A DNA stretch of 64,000 bases from Spirochaetota bacterium. Its GTDB lineage: Bacteria; Spirochaetota; UBA4802; JAFGDQ01. Under the pieces are notes generated by a model. The model did no database searches. It was not told the DNA's origin and was given only the letters and a program-made list of their open reading frames with translations. The position numbers and the translations under genes were made by a program. The stretch's first letter is position 1. Each line of letters begins with the position of its first letter. The stretch is taken from assembly GCA_043803405.1 (NCBI GenBank), contig JAZDKB010000019.1:128001-192000 (forward strand), in the 5' to 3' direction. Positions 29,570 to 39,184 of the stretch are shown piece after piece.

Positions 29570-29722
29570 ATGAAAACAAGACGAAATTCTATTCATATGT
29601 TGTTAAATTATGGCTGGTCCGACATTTCCATAGCAAAATACCTGATGATTAAACCGAATATTGTTAAGTATTATCGCTTTAAATTCGGTATAATTAAAAA
29701 TGAGTATCAGGGTTTCTACTAA
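29570..29722 (+). CDS. uncalled 50-aa putative helix-turn-helix mini-protein
   Basis: RBS AAGGAG, upstream TTGACA; MKTRRNSIHMLLNYGWSDISIAKYLMIKPNIVKYYRFKFGIIKNEYQGFY. Confidence 0.6.
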   Translation: MKTRRNSIHMLLNYGWSDISIAKYLMIKPNIVKYYRFKFGIIKNEYQGFY

Positions 29723-29854
29723 AATTATTCATCTAATAGGAGTTATTAATAAAAATTTTTAAAAATTTTACAGACGATATAAATTTGTTGTTGAAATAAA
29801 AATATAATATAATAATAATATTCTTTTTGCACATCAAATTAAAAAAGTATATTC

Positions 29855-30520
29855 ATGTCTCAGAAAAGCAAAAAGAAGATTGTTATTATTGATGATCACC
29901 CTGTTGTTCGCCAGGGGCTTAAGCTCATTATTGAGGACGAGGAGGATCTTTCTGTTTGCGCTGAGACCGGCAATGCCAACGAAGCCATAAGAATAATAGG
30001 CGAACTTAAACCGGACCTTCTGCTGGTCGATTTACAGCTGGAAAGTAATGCGAGCGGACTGGATTTAATAAAATCGGTGCAGCAGCGTTACCCATCTATT
30101 CCTGCCCTGGTAGTATCAATGCACGATGATTTCCTTTATGCCGAACGGGCTATTTCCGCAGGGGCAAAGGGATATATAATGAAAAGCGAGGCAGAGGATC
30201 ATATAATATCCGCTATCCACGATGTGTTGGCCGGCAAATTATATCTGCGCAATGAAACGTCTCTGAATATAGTTTCTAAAGTGCTTCATCGGTCTTCAGA
30301 ACCGTTAGAGCCTTCAATTGAACGGCTAACGGATAGAGAATTTGAAGTGTTTCAACTCCTGGGCAATGGCCTTGGGACTCAGAAAATAGCAAAAAAATTA
30401 AATCTTAGCATTAATACAATTGAAACCCACAGAAGAAATATAAAGTTGAAACTTAAGCTGAAGGACTCGGATGAACTGGTGCAGTATGCAATTCGCTGGT
30501 TTATAGACTCTCAGAAGTAG
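29855..30520 (+). CDS. NarL/LuxR family response regulator
   Basis: IDDHPVVRQG receiver; LTDREFEVF..IA..L.LS.NTIETHR HTH. Confidence 0.95.
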   Translation: MSQKSKKKIVIIDDHPVVRQGLKLIIEDEEDLSVCAETGNANEAIRIIGELKPDLLLVDLQLESNASGLDLIKSVQQRYPSIPALVVSMHDDFLYAERAISAGAKGYIMKSEAEDHIISAIHDVLAGKLYLRNETSLNIVSKVLHRSSEPLEPSIERLTDREFEVFQLLGNGLGTQKIAKKLNLSINTIETHRRNIKLKLKLKDSDELVQYAIRWFIDSQK

Positions 30521-30590
30521 TTGTTGCAGGCGAAATTATAAATTATCTGTTTGTAATTGTCTGCCCTTACTTCATATTCTTATCGATCAA

Positions 30591-31187
30591 TTATGATAGT
30601 GCCTTGGAATATTCGAAGCTGAGTGTGTAAGCAGTTTTTCCGCCATACTCTTTTTTAGATTGAAACATCTTTTGAATTGCAGGAGATGTTTCATTGTAAA
30701 CATTTTCCGATACGGAAAGCCCGTTTGCACATGTAGCGTTTTTCTCCAGTTTTGAAGCATAATTTATTACATCCGAAACGATGCTCCCTGTATCGTTATA
30801 AAATTTAACTATTCCGGAGTCTACACCCAGTCGGATATTAATTTCATCAGGGATCTTCTTTAAAGGTGAGGTGTTAAATACAGGAAGCGAGAATAATAGT
30901 TCCATACAGCAGGCAACGCCGGATATCATTTTTCCGTCGTTTCTGAATGCAATTATTGAACCGTCTCCGGAACGCGACCATATCCTGCCGTCAAACAGCT
31001 CGCATTTCTTTCTTATGAATTCCCATAAATAATAATATACTTCTTCAATGATGGAATTTTTATATTTTTTTACAAGGTTGGAATTATCACATATATCTAA
31101 TGTAAATAAGAAGCTGATGTTCGACAAAGCATTCCTTGAGAGAGCGTAATATTTGATGCAGAACCCGGTATCCAAAGGACGAAGCAC
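30591..31187 (-). CDS. class III nucleotide cyclase-like domain, possibly N-terminally truncated
   Basis: LDICDNS, SGDG, IRLGVDSG, INYASKLE; GTG start without clear RBS, in-frame TAG two codons upstream. Confidence 0.55.
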   Translation of the reverse strand: MLRPLDTGFCIKYYALSRNALSNISFLFTLDICDNSNLVKKYKNSIIEEVYYYLWEFIRKKCELFDGRIWSRSGDGSIIAFRNDGKMISGVACCMELLFSLPVFNTSPLKKIPDEINIRLGVDSGIVKFYNDTGSIVSDVINYASKLEKNATCANGLSVSENVYNETSPAIQKMFQSKKEYGGKTAYTLSFEYSKALS

Positions 31188-31254
31188 TAGCTATTTTTGA
31201 GATGAGTTGCAGGCATTTATAATACAAATAATTATCGAGTATATAATACTTTTT

Positions 31255-32625
31255 TCAATTGTCAGTATACAATTCATAATAGTAACCATCGCCGGTGTAT
31301 AGTCTGCTCCGTTCATTGGGATTTATATAATGATCACCCTCCCGGATGAATTTTTTTATTACAGTGCCGGACTTAACCTTTCCATTCTTATGAAAGATAA
31401 CGATGCTTCTACCCTGGTCATTTTCATTTTCTTTCACGCCGCAGAATTTCAGATAGCCTTCAGAAGTTGATAAACTCTGGTTGTGTTCAAGTGAGCCCTG
31501 CATCAGTGTCCCATCCTTATGAAAATAAACTTTAAACTTCAGTGAGTCTGTATAAGCACGTTTATCTAAACCAGTAAATGCGACCTCTCTACGGTCAATA
31601 TTTATCTTCTGTGTATTTGCAAGGTATCCGCTTTCTATAAATCCATCCGGAAAAAATGAAACCGAATGTTTCCAGATGGATTCAAGTTTATTTTTATCTA
31701 TATTATCACTATAAATTTCAATATGTTGATTACTGCTGGTGAATGAATATGGGCGGCCATTAATGTTTAACATTAACATGGTGCCGTAGGTTAAATTAAT
31801 ATGATGTATTTGTCCATCCGGATACAGTGAAACTGCCGAAAGAAATATTTCAGCATCCGACTTTTTATACCTGATTCCTATAAAATTATTATCGGAACAG
31901 TAGTCCGATATATCTCTTAGATTATCTTTTTCATCCTGTCTGATGCAGTGCGGTTTAATGTTAAAAGCGTATTCAATAGATCCGTTTTCTTTAAATACAA
32001 GCAGCGTATTTTTGTTAAAAATTAATGTTCCGGATTTTGTTTTAAGTTCATAAGATACGGGCCTGCCTGCTAAAACCAAACCATTGGGATAGAATGAGAT
32101 GTAATCGTTTGAAAATAATATCATCTCCTTTCCGGCCGGAAGATCAATTTTATCTGTTAGAAAACCTTTTTTTATTGATCCGTTTTTATTAAAGAATGTC
32201 CGTGTCGGGAAAAATCTTATTCTTTTATTAAATATGCCGGTTTCAATTTCTTTTAAAGGTGTTCCTGAAAGCAATGCACCGTCAGGATAAAATTCAATAC
32301 CTGTATTATTCTGAAATTTAATATTTACTCCGCCAACAGGAATACTTGCATCGCCTGCAAGTTTTCCGTCTTTAAAAGGTTTCCCTTTAATGTCATAATA
32401 ACGGCCAATAGTATTTTCATAAATTTTAAATTTTACACCATTTATTTCGATTGTTTCAGTTCTGTTTTTATTTATGTATTCTGATAGTTTCTGAAAAGGC
32501 ATAATCATTATTAAACAGCAGCCCTCATACCATGTGTACTCACCCGAAGGAGGATGCGCCATAAGCATTTTGCTGCAAAAGCAAAAAGATAATAATATCA
32601 TCAAATACCGGATTTTTTTTCTCAT
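31255..32625 (-). CDS. secreted hypothetical protein with repeated F(Y/H)xxG beta motifs
   Basis: Signal peptide; recurring FYPDG/FNKNG/FYPNG/FHKDG units. Confidence 0.75.
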   Translation of the reverse strand: MRKKIRYLMILLSFCFCSKMLMAHPPSGEYTWYEGCCLIMIMPFQKLSEYINKNRTETIEINGVKFKIYENTIGRYYDIKGKPFKDGKLAGDASIPVGGVNIKFQNNTGIEFYPDGALLSGTPLKEIETGIFNKRIRFFPTRTFFNKNGSIKKGFLTDKIDLPAGKEMILFSNDYISFYPNGLVLAGRPVSYELKTKSGTLIFNKNTLLVFKENGSIEYAFNIKPHCIRQDEKDNLRDISDYCSDNNFIGIRYKKSDAEIFLSAVSLYPDGQIHHINLTYGTMLMLNINGRPYSFTSSNQHIEIYSDNIDKNKLESIWKHSVSFFPDGFIESGYLANTQKINIDRREVAFTGLDKRAYTDSLKFKVYFHKDGTLMQGSLEHNQSLSTSEGYLKFCGVKENENDQGRSIVIFHKNGKVKSGTVIKKFIREGDHYINPNERSRLYTGDGYYYELYTDN

Positions 32626-32700
32626 GGTGACTATTTACTTTAATATATTATATTTAAGAAAGAATTTTGCGGCAAAATTGTTTAGATTGGATTTTTATTC

Positions 32701-34185
32701 TTAATCTTCTGTCAATCTCTCCTCAACTAAATAAACTCCGTAGTCTTTAACGGCAAGGTAATACAGGCTTTCGGATGAGTAAAAAAATATTTTTCCTATT
32801 CCATAGGTATTAATATTATCATACTTATTTCCCTCTTTCCCATCAAGAACGACACACAGCTTGTTGTCTGTTACAGCTTCGTAAGCTGTATGCTTGCTGT
32901 CCTGGCTGAAAACAAGTGTGTGTGCAACAATTTTATCATATTGCCTTTCTTCTTTTCCATCAACAACGACAAATTCTTTATTGTTGGATACAGCTGCATA
33001 CGCCACATGTTTGCCGTCCGGGCTGAAAACAGCATCCTTAATAAAATCATAACCTTTTGTTTCATTTTTTCCATCAATGACAACGAAATATTTTTTACCG
33101 GTTTTGCATATATATAATAAATGTTTACTATCCGCGCTGAAAACCGGATTTTCGGGGATGTTATAACACTGCTTTTGCTTTTTTCCATCAATGACTATAA
33201 AATATTTATCAGCTTTTTGAGCCGTAAATGCCAGGTGCCTGCTGTCAGGGCTGAAAATAAAATCCTCGGAAAAATCATACTCGCCTTCCATTTTCCCATT
33301 AACGACTGCACGCCAGTAATCGGCATAGGCAGCTGCATAAACCATACACTTGCTGTCAGGACTGAATACAGGATATCCAATGCCCTGGTATTCTTTTCCC
33401 TCCTGTCCATCGGTGACGACAAAATACTTATTATGTTTTTCAGTCGGGTCAACTACATAAGCCACGCGTTTGCCATCCGGGCTGAAACCAAGAGAGAGTA
33501 TCACAATTTCATTGTATTTTTTCTGCTCTTTTTCATCAACAACTACAAAATATTTATTATTTGCTACAGCTACATAAGCCACATGCCTGCCGTCAGGGCT
33601 GAAAGTAAGATAATTTTGTTTAACTTTAACAATATAATCATACCGTTTTTTTTCTATTCCGTCTACAACTGCAAAATATCTGTTCCCTTCGCGCGCAATA
33701 TATGCCACTGACCTGCTATCCGGGCTAAAAACAAGAGAATATATCTCGACATCACTGTAGTGTTTTTCCTCTTTCCCGTCAATAACTACAAAATATTTAC
33801 TGTCTGCTGCGGCTACATACGCCGTGTGTTTGCTGTCAGGGCTGAAAATAATACCGGAATAAATTTTATCATAGTGTTTCCCTTCTTCTCCATCAACCAC
33901 TGTGCAATACTTATCTCCTGTTAAAGCTTTATATGCTATGTGTCTGCAATCCGGGCTGAGAAACACATTCTCAATAACATTGTATTGTTTTTTCTCCCTG
34001 CCATCGATTAAGATAAACGATCTATTCTTTTTTTCATTTACGGATACATAACGCTCGTTTTCTTTGGCAGTAAAGCTCAAAGGAGAAAACATTTGAGCAA
34101 CAAGAGTTTCTTTTACCTGAATCTTGCCGGTTGCACTGCCAACGGTAAAACTGAAACATATTAACAATAAAAGTAATTTTTTCAT
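32701..34185 (-). CDS. secreted beta-propeller (WD40/TolB-like repeat) protein
   Basis: Signal peptide; about ten ~40-aa repeats FSPDxxHxAY...YFVVxDGKExKxY. Confidence 0.88.
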   Translation of the reverse strand: MKKLLLLLICFSFTVGSATGKIQVKETLVAQMFSPLSFTAKENERYVSVNEKKNRSFILIDGREKKQYNVIENVFLSPDCRHIAYKALTGDKYCTVVDGEEGKHYDKIYSGIIFSPDSKHTAYVAAADSKYFVVIDGKEEKHYSDVEIYSLVFSPDSRSVAYIAREGNRYFAVVDGIEKKRYDYIVKVKQNYLTFSPDGRHVAYVAVANNKYFVVVDEKEQKKYNEIVILSLGFSPDGKRVAYVVDPTEKHNKYFVVTDGQEGKEYQGIGYPVFSPDSKCMVYAAAYADYWRAVVNGKMEGEYDFSEDFIFSPDSRHLAFTAQKADKYFIVIDGKKQKQCYNIPENPVFSADSKHLLYICKTGKKYFVVIDGKNETKGYDFIKDAVFSPDGKHVAYAAVSNNKEFVVVDGKEERQYDKIVAHTLVFSQDSKHTAYEAVTDNKLCVVLDGKEGNKYDNINTYGIGKIFFYSSESLYYLAVKDYGVYLVEERLTED

Positions 34186-34416
34186 TTGAGATTATCTATA
34201 CTATTTGTAAATTTCAGCCGGCTCGGTGCGCTGTTAGATTCTTTTAGGAGTATCTCTTAACTTTTTCAAAGAGAATAAATAAATTTTATCCTCATGAATC
34301 GTGCCGATTCTTCCAATATATTCACATTATTTAGCCCGATTCAAGGAATTAAGTTATATATAATAATAAAACATATTATAGGAGTCAATGCATATTTGTC
34401 TTCTCAATTTTAGTAT

Positions 34417-34650
34417 TTATTTTTGTTCAAACAATATCGCAGCTACGGGACAGGTAGCCACCGCAAGCTGGAAATCGCAGGATTCATCAGGATTCGGGTC
34501 AATTACAATAGCTTCCTTTGGGCGAAGTTCCAGTACCCCGGGCTTAATGATCCAGTCTTTTCTTTCCCTGAGTTCAAAAACCTTTGGACATATTTCAACA
34601 CATAATCCGCATCCGATGCAAAGATCGGTATCAACACTAATAGATGCCAT
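34417..34650 (-). CDS. single-cluster 4Fe-4S ferredoxin
   Basis: CIGCGLCVEICP..TCPVAAI; ATG 34650 with RBS AGAGGA. Confidence 0.88.
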   Translation of the reverse strand: MASISVDTDLCIGCGLCVEICPKVFELRERKDWIIKPGVLELRPKEAIVIDPNPDESCDFQLAVATCPVAAILFEQK

Positions 34651-34672
34651 AATATTCCTCTTTTTATTAAAT

Positions 34673-35689
34673 TTAACCAATCTGCCGGAGCACTGATTTC
34701 ATCTTTCTGTGAGCATCTTTAAAGCTGATCAACCTGCCGGTTTCCTCATCCCAGAGATGAAGCCGCAAAGATTTGAATCCGGTTTTAAGAGTAATTGGTG
34801 GTTTATAATGAAGCTCTGATATCTCGTTATAGCATCTCCGAAGATTGTAACATGGGATCCGTGGATTCATATGATGCAAATTATGATATCCTATATTTCC
34901 GGTAAACCAGCTTAACGCCCCGGGAAGGTTGTAAAATGAAGCCCCTTTTAACGCAGCGCTGATTAAATCCCATTTTTCTCCATGCGCCCAATAGACATCT
35001 TCGAATTGATGCTGTATGTAGAACAGCCATACACCCACTGATGTCGCAATAAATATAACAGGTAACTGGACTGCTATATAATTTTTAATGCCTACGGTAT
35101 AGTGCATTGTAATAACGATAAATACAAGAATGATATCTGTAAATATTATACTGAAATAATCCTTCTTTCTAGTGCTTTTTTGAGGAAACCTGTACACGAT
35201 TACAAATAGAAAAACCGGGGCGATGATAAAAAGAAAAATCGGGTTCCTGAATAATCTGTAAGATAGTCTGACTCTGAAATTCGACGCCTTATATTCATCA
35301 AGCGTCATTGTCCATACATCACCTGTGCCGCGCTTATCTAGATTGGAAACAGTAGCATGATGTATCCCATGATTTCGCTGCCAGTCAAAAAACGGCGTAA
35401 ATGTCAAGACACCGCAGAAAAGACCAAGTATGGTACAGATTTTTTTTGAGTTTATAAAAGATGTATGCGAGCAATCATGAAATATAATAAACGTCCTGAC
35501 ATAAAACCCGACAGCAAAGATCGAAACAACTAATATAATCCAATACGGATATCCTCTCATGAGCATCAGGAACATGATCGCCACTATAGCAAGATAAGGG
35601 ACAAAGGATGTTAATATATAAAACACTGCGCGACGAATATCGTGATTTGCATACGGCTTTAATTTATCAAACCATTCCGGTCTATTCAT
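34673..35689 (-). CDS. des: membrane fatty acid desaturase (Des-like)
   Basis: His boxes HDCSH, HGIHH, HNLHH; GDVWTMT, WLFYIQHQFE. Confidence 0.92.
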   Translation of the reverse strand: MNRPEWFDKLKPYANHDIRRAVFYILTSFVPYLAIVAIMFLMLMRGYPYWIILVVSIFAVGFYVRTFIIFHDCSHTSFINSKKICTILGLFCGVLTFTPFFDWQRNHGIHHATVSNLDKRGTGDVWTMTLDEYKASNFRVRLSYRLFRNPIFLFIIAPVFLFVIVYRFPQKSTRKKDYFSIIFTDIILVFIVITMHYTVGIKNYIAVQLPVIFIATSVGVWLFYIQHQFEDVYWAHGEKWDLISAALKGASFYNLPGALSWFTGNIGYHNLHHMNPRIPCYNLRRCYNEISELHYKPPITLKTGFKSLRLHLWDEETGRLISFKDAHRKMKSVLRQIG

Positions 35690-35849
35690 TATTGTTTATT
35701 CTTAACTGCTAATAAATTAGAATTCGGGTGGCTAAATAATAAATATTATTTTGAAATAAAATGACTGATTTTTCAAGCAAAAATTTATCTGCATGTGCGT
35801 ATTCAATATCTATATATTGCTATGTTGTGTATCGGGACAATAATAATAC

Positions 35850-35914
35850 CCAGCCGACACCATAGGTGGCGGCTGGTACGTAAGTACCAGGGGCTTGCCC
35901 CGGGGAATTTTATT
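35850..35914. repeat. dispersed palindromic repeat copy 4 with an additional upstream hairpin
   Basis: CCAGCCG..CACC-ATA-GGTG..CGGCTGG then CCAGGGGCTTGCCCCGGGGAATTTTATT overlapping the cheY stop. Confidence 0.85.
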
Positions 35915-36266
35915 CAAAGAGACGTTTCAATGATTTAAGCACCCTGTCCGGTTCAAAGGGTTTTACTATAAAATCTTTGGCGCCCATTGCAAGTGCATCA
36001 AAGACAATCTGCCTCTGGCCAACTGCGCTTACAATAACTATTCGTGCATCAGGAAATTCCGATATCAGGTTATGCAGCGCATCAAGACCGTTCATTTCAG
36101 GCATTGATATATCAAGGGTTACAAAGTCCGGCTTGAATTGTGAATACATCTTAAAGGCTTCTGCTCCATTTGACGCTTCTGCAATTATATCAAAATCATT
36201 CATAAGTATGGTTCTTAAGCGCTGTCTCATAATAGCTGCATCATCAACAATTATTCCTTTGAGCAT
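35910..36266 (-). CDS. cheY: single-domain response regulator (CheY-like)
   Basis: VDDA..MR, LDISMPEMNG, SAVGQ, GAKDFIVKPF. Confidence 0.9.
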   Translation of the reverse strand: MLKGIIVDDAAIMRQRLRTILMNDFDIIAEASNGAEAFKMYSQFKPDFVTLDISMPEMNGLDALHNLISEFPDARIVIVSAVGQRQIVFDALAMGAKDFIVKPFEPDRVLKSLKRLFE

Positions 36267-36274
36267 GGTTTACC

Positions 36275-36742
36275 TCATTCATTTTCTATCAATGCTATAT
36301 TGATCTCGAGCTCTCCAATTTCGCTTATAAGCGATAATGATACTGTAGGAACCTGAAGAAAGTCCATTACCAGATCGGTTGCTCTGAGCACTGCCGGCGG
36401 TGTCAGGTTGATTCTGTTCTTTTCGCCTGCAAGTATTATGCTTGCCTGGCCTGTTATTATATTTGCGATTTCGCTGACTGCGCTGTTCTCCATCTTTTTT
36501 ACTTCAGCAGGAAGACTGTTTGGTAATAAAGCCTGTGCTAATTTATACGCGAAATCATCATCCATTGAATAAACGACCTGTCCTGTGAGATAACCTGTAA
36601 TTCCAAAAATAATTGATACAGGAAGATTGGGTGCAGGCGAATTTTTCTTTGACAGGGCTTTTCTGGAAAGATGGATTTTCATTTCCTGTTTAAAAACGTT
36701 TACTGCGCTGGTAATGAAAATATTAACAAATTCCGCTTTCAT
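36275..36742 (-). CDS. cheX: CheY-P phosphatase CheX
   Basis: GITG.L.G, SAVSEIANIITG (ExxN), TPP. Confidence 0.9.
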   Translation of the reverse strand: MKAEFVNIFITSAVNVFKQEMKIHLSRKALSKKNSPAPNLPVSIIFGITGYLTGQVVYSMDDDFAYKLAQALLPNSLPAEVKKMENSAVSEIANIITGQASIILAGEKNRINLTPPAVLRATDLVMDFLQVPTVSLSLISEIGELEINIALIENE

Positions 36743-38868
36743 GCTGTCATTTCCTCCTGTTCCATCTGGTTTATCGGTATTGTGATTGAAAATATTGTTC
36801 CTTTGTTAGGCGATGTCTTAACCTTAATATGACCGTCCATTTTTTTTACTGCATGACGCACTGCAGCAAGACCTACACCGCGGCCTGATATATGACTGAC
36901 TGTCGGAGAAGTAGAAAAATTATCCCTGAATATATAAGACAGCAATTCACTTTCCGTAGGTTTGCTTTTATCTTTAATAAATCCGAGCTGTTTTGCTCTT
37001 TCGGCAATTTTTTTAAACTGAATTCCCTTTCCGTCATCTGAGAAGTGAAACGTAATTTTTTTGTTATTGTTTTCTATTTCTATTTTGATTGATCCGGTCA
37101 GGGGTTTGCCGTGTTTTTTTCTTTCCGGCGGATGATCAATGCCGTGATCAATGCTGTTGCGGATGATATGAGAGAAAGATTCTATTAGTTCTTCAAAATC
37201 ATCAGGCACCACATTTATATTTCCGCCGATTATCCTGACAGGCGCAATGCGTTTGCCGAGCCTTTTTGCAATTTCTTCCGCCATTTTAGGAATTTTGGCA
37301 AACAGGTCCGGCAGCGGTTTCTTTCTGTGCTCATCCATAGCATTTGTCAGTGCAGGGTTAGGGCAGTGAGTTATAATATGATCTTTAATTAAAAGATATT
37401 CTGATTTCGGAATTTCGATAACGTCTACGTCAAGCCGCCAGTTCATTCCGAGTGTATCTGTAACGTCTGCCATTTCTTCGGCAAATGAAGTCATCAGATT
37501 TTCTATCTGTTCTTTGGGGTGAACTTCTTCATCAAGCTCAAATTGGCTGCTTAGAAAATCTTCGAGCATGTGTGCAGATTCGTGCGTTTTTTTGAATCCA
37601 AGAAATCCCGCATTGCCCTTGAGCGTGTGCAGATCGGGCAGCAGGCTTTCAAAGCCTTTTTCTTTATTTTTAAGCTCAGTAAAAAGCGTTTTTGCTTCGC
37701 GGTCAAACACTGCAAAGCTTTGCCTGTTTATAATTACTTTTCGAATCAGGTTCCATTTTTCATTTTCTTTGCGCGATTCTTCCTGCAGTCTAATCTCTTC
37801 AGTAATGTCACTGAGCACAACCATTACTCTATTGCTGTGAACCGCTTTATATACTATGTTGAAAGTCCTGTCTGCAATTTTCAGAGTATTATCGAGGTGG
37901 TCGAAGATAACATCAGGCTTGACAGCGCCTTTAAAACATAAGCTTAAACCTTTTTTAAATTCATTTCTGGTTTCAGGATTATTAAATAGAATTGCATCAA
38001 TTGACTGACCTTCAATTTCCTGGCCGAATATTTTTGCACATTCTCTTGAATATTCAGGACTAATAATAAAATTTGAATCAAAAGACAGAAATCCCTGGCC
38101 CGAAACATCCAGCAGACTTTTCAGAGACGCTGTTCTTTCCTCCACCTTTTCTTTTTCCTTCTTCAGGTCGTCCTGGATTTCTTCAAGGTCAACGAGTAAG
38201 TTAAATTCATTTTTCATGAGCCTGAACCGGACAAAGTTAATGCCAATTGACAGGACAGTAGTCCCACTTAAAAAGAAAAGATTATTAAGAAGTGAAGATA
38301 TTTCGATAGCATTATTATAAGCAAGATTTACGGCGACATACATTAGAATTATTATGGATGAATTGAAAAATGTATGCCTTGCCTTCCACGGCATAAGCAG
38401 GTTTGCGCCGATGATTACGAGATTAAGACCCGCATAATAACTGGAACTAAACCCTCCAAGGTCCGCGGTCATAAGACAAATGACCCCGCCTACATGAAAT
38501 GATAAAAAATAACCGTGCAGATATGACAACAAGCTTGGCTTTGTTTTGTATATAATGATAATTTGAATGATCGCGATAAGTGTTGATACAGCTCTGTAAA
38601 TTGCGAATCTTGACAGCAGAACTGCAGGCATAAGAATAATGTCAAGAATGAAGAATAGTGGAACAAGAACCGATGCCATTCCTACGAGAGTTCTAAGCCA
38701 GTCATGCATTATTGCCAGATGATAAGCATAAAAATCTCTTGATTCAATTGCGCTTAAAACCCATTCGTCTCTGGCTTCTTTTTTGCCGAGTTTAAGCTTT
38801 TCTTTTAAAAATGTTTTATTTTGCTTTTCCAAAACTCTAACCCTTGATAAAGGACTTTTCGTTCGCAT
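36739..38868 (-). CDS. membrane-bound CheA-like histidine kinase (TM-PAS-Hpt-HATPase, no CheW domain)
   Basis: N-terminal TM helices; PAS-like LLD..GQGF; Hpt LHTLKGNA; HIIRNSIDHG, DDGKGI, SGRGVGL; ends right after HATPase; ATGA overlap with cheX. Confidence 0.88.
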   Translation of the reverse strand: MRTKSPLSRVRVLEKQNKTFLKEKLKLGKKEARDEWVLSAIESRDFYAYHLAIMHDWLRTLVGMASVLVPLFFILDIILMPAVLLSRFAIYRAVSTLIAIIQIIIIYKTKPSLLSYLHGYFLSFHVGGVICLMTADLGGFSSSYYAGLNLVIIGANLLMPWKARHTFFNSSIIILMYVAVNLAYNNAIEISSLLNNLFFLSGTTVLSIGINFVRFRLMKNEFNLLVDLEEIQDDLKKEKEKVEERTASLKSLLDVSGQGFLSFDSNFIISPEYSRECAKIFGQEIEGQSIDAILFNNPETRNEFKKGLSLCFKGAVKPDVIFDHLDNTLKIADRTFNIVYKAVHSNRVMVVLSDITEEIRLQEESRKENEKWNLIRKVIINRQSFAVFDREAKTLFTELKNKEKGFESLLPDLHTLKGNAGFLGFKKTHESAHMLEDFLSSQFELDEEVHPKEQIENLMTSFAEEMADVTDTLGMNWRLDVDVIEIPKSEYLLIKDHIITHCPNPALTNAMDEHRKKPLPDLFAKIPKMAEEIAKRLGKRIAPVRIIGGNINVVPDDFEELIESFSHIIRNSIDHGIDHPPERKKHGKPLTGSIKIEIENNNKKITFHFSDDGKGIQFKKIAERAKQLGFIKDKSKPTESELLSYIFRDNFSTSPTVSHISGRGVGLAAVRHAVKKMDGHIKVKTSPNKGTIFSITIPINQMEQEEMTA

Positions 38869-39049
38869 TCTGACAAAATGTCATCGCAGGTTAAAAAAGA
38901 AGTATGGAAAGAAAATGCAGTACTTGTGAAAAGTATAAATCTTATAACAAAAAATATAACCCAGGAAGATGAAAAATTCAAATATTTTTTTAATTATTAA
39001 AATAATAAAACAGGATTTCAAATTGTGAATTATTCACCAAGAACTAATT

Positions 39050-39100
39050 AAAAAAAAATCAGGAACCCCGGGGGTAGTATGCAACAGCAGGGTTCCTGAT
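39050..39100 (-). terminator. intrinsic terminator-like hairpin with U-run
   Basis: ATCAGGAACCC (39058-39068) / GGGTTCCTGAT (39090-39100), followed by a T-run on the minus strand. Confidence 0.65.
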
Positions 39101-39184
39101 CAGTATAACACCAAAGGGTAGTACGGAATTACTTCGCAGCTACCGCCGCCGTGCTCTTAGTCATCGGCCGCAGACATCTTTTGT

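Noticed and set aside
32701..34185. Periodic DNA similarity suggesting a CRISPR or tandem array
   Set aside because: Explained by degenerate protein-coding propeller repeats; no identical repeats with unique spacers and no cas genes in the window
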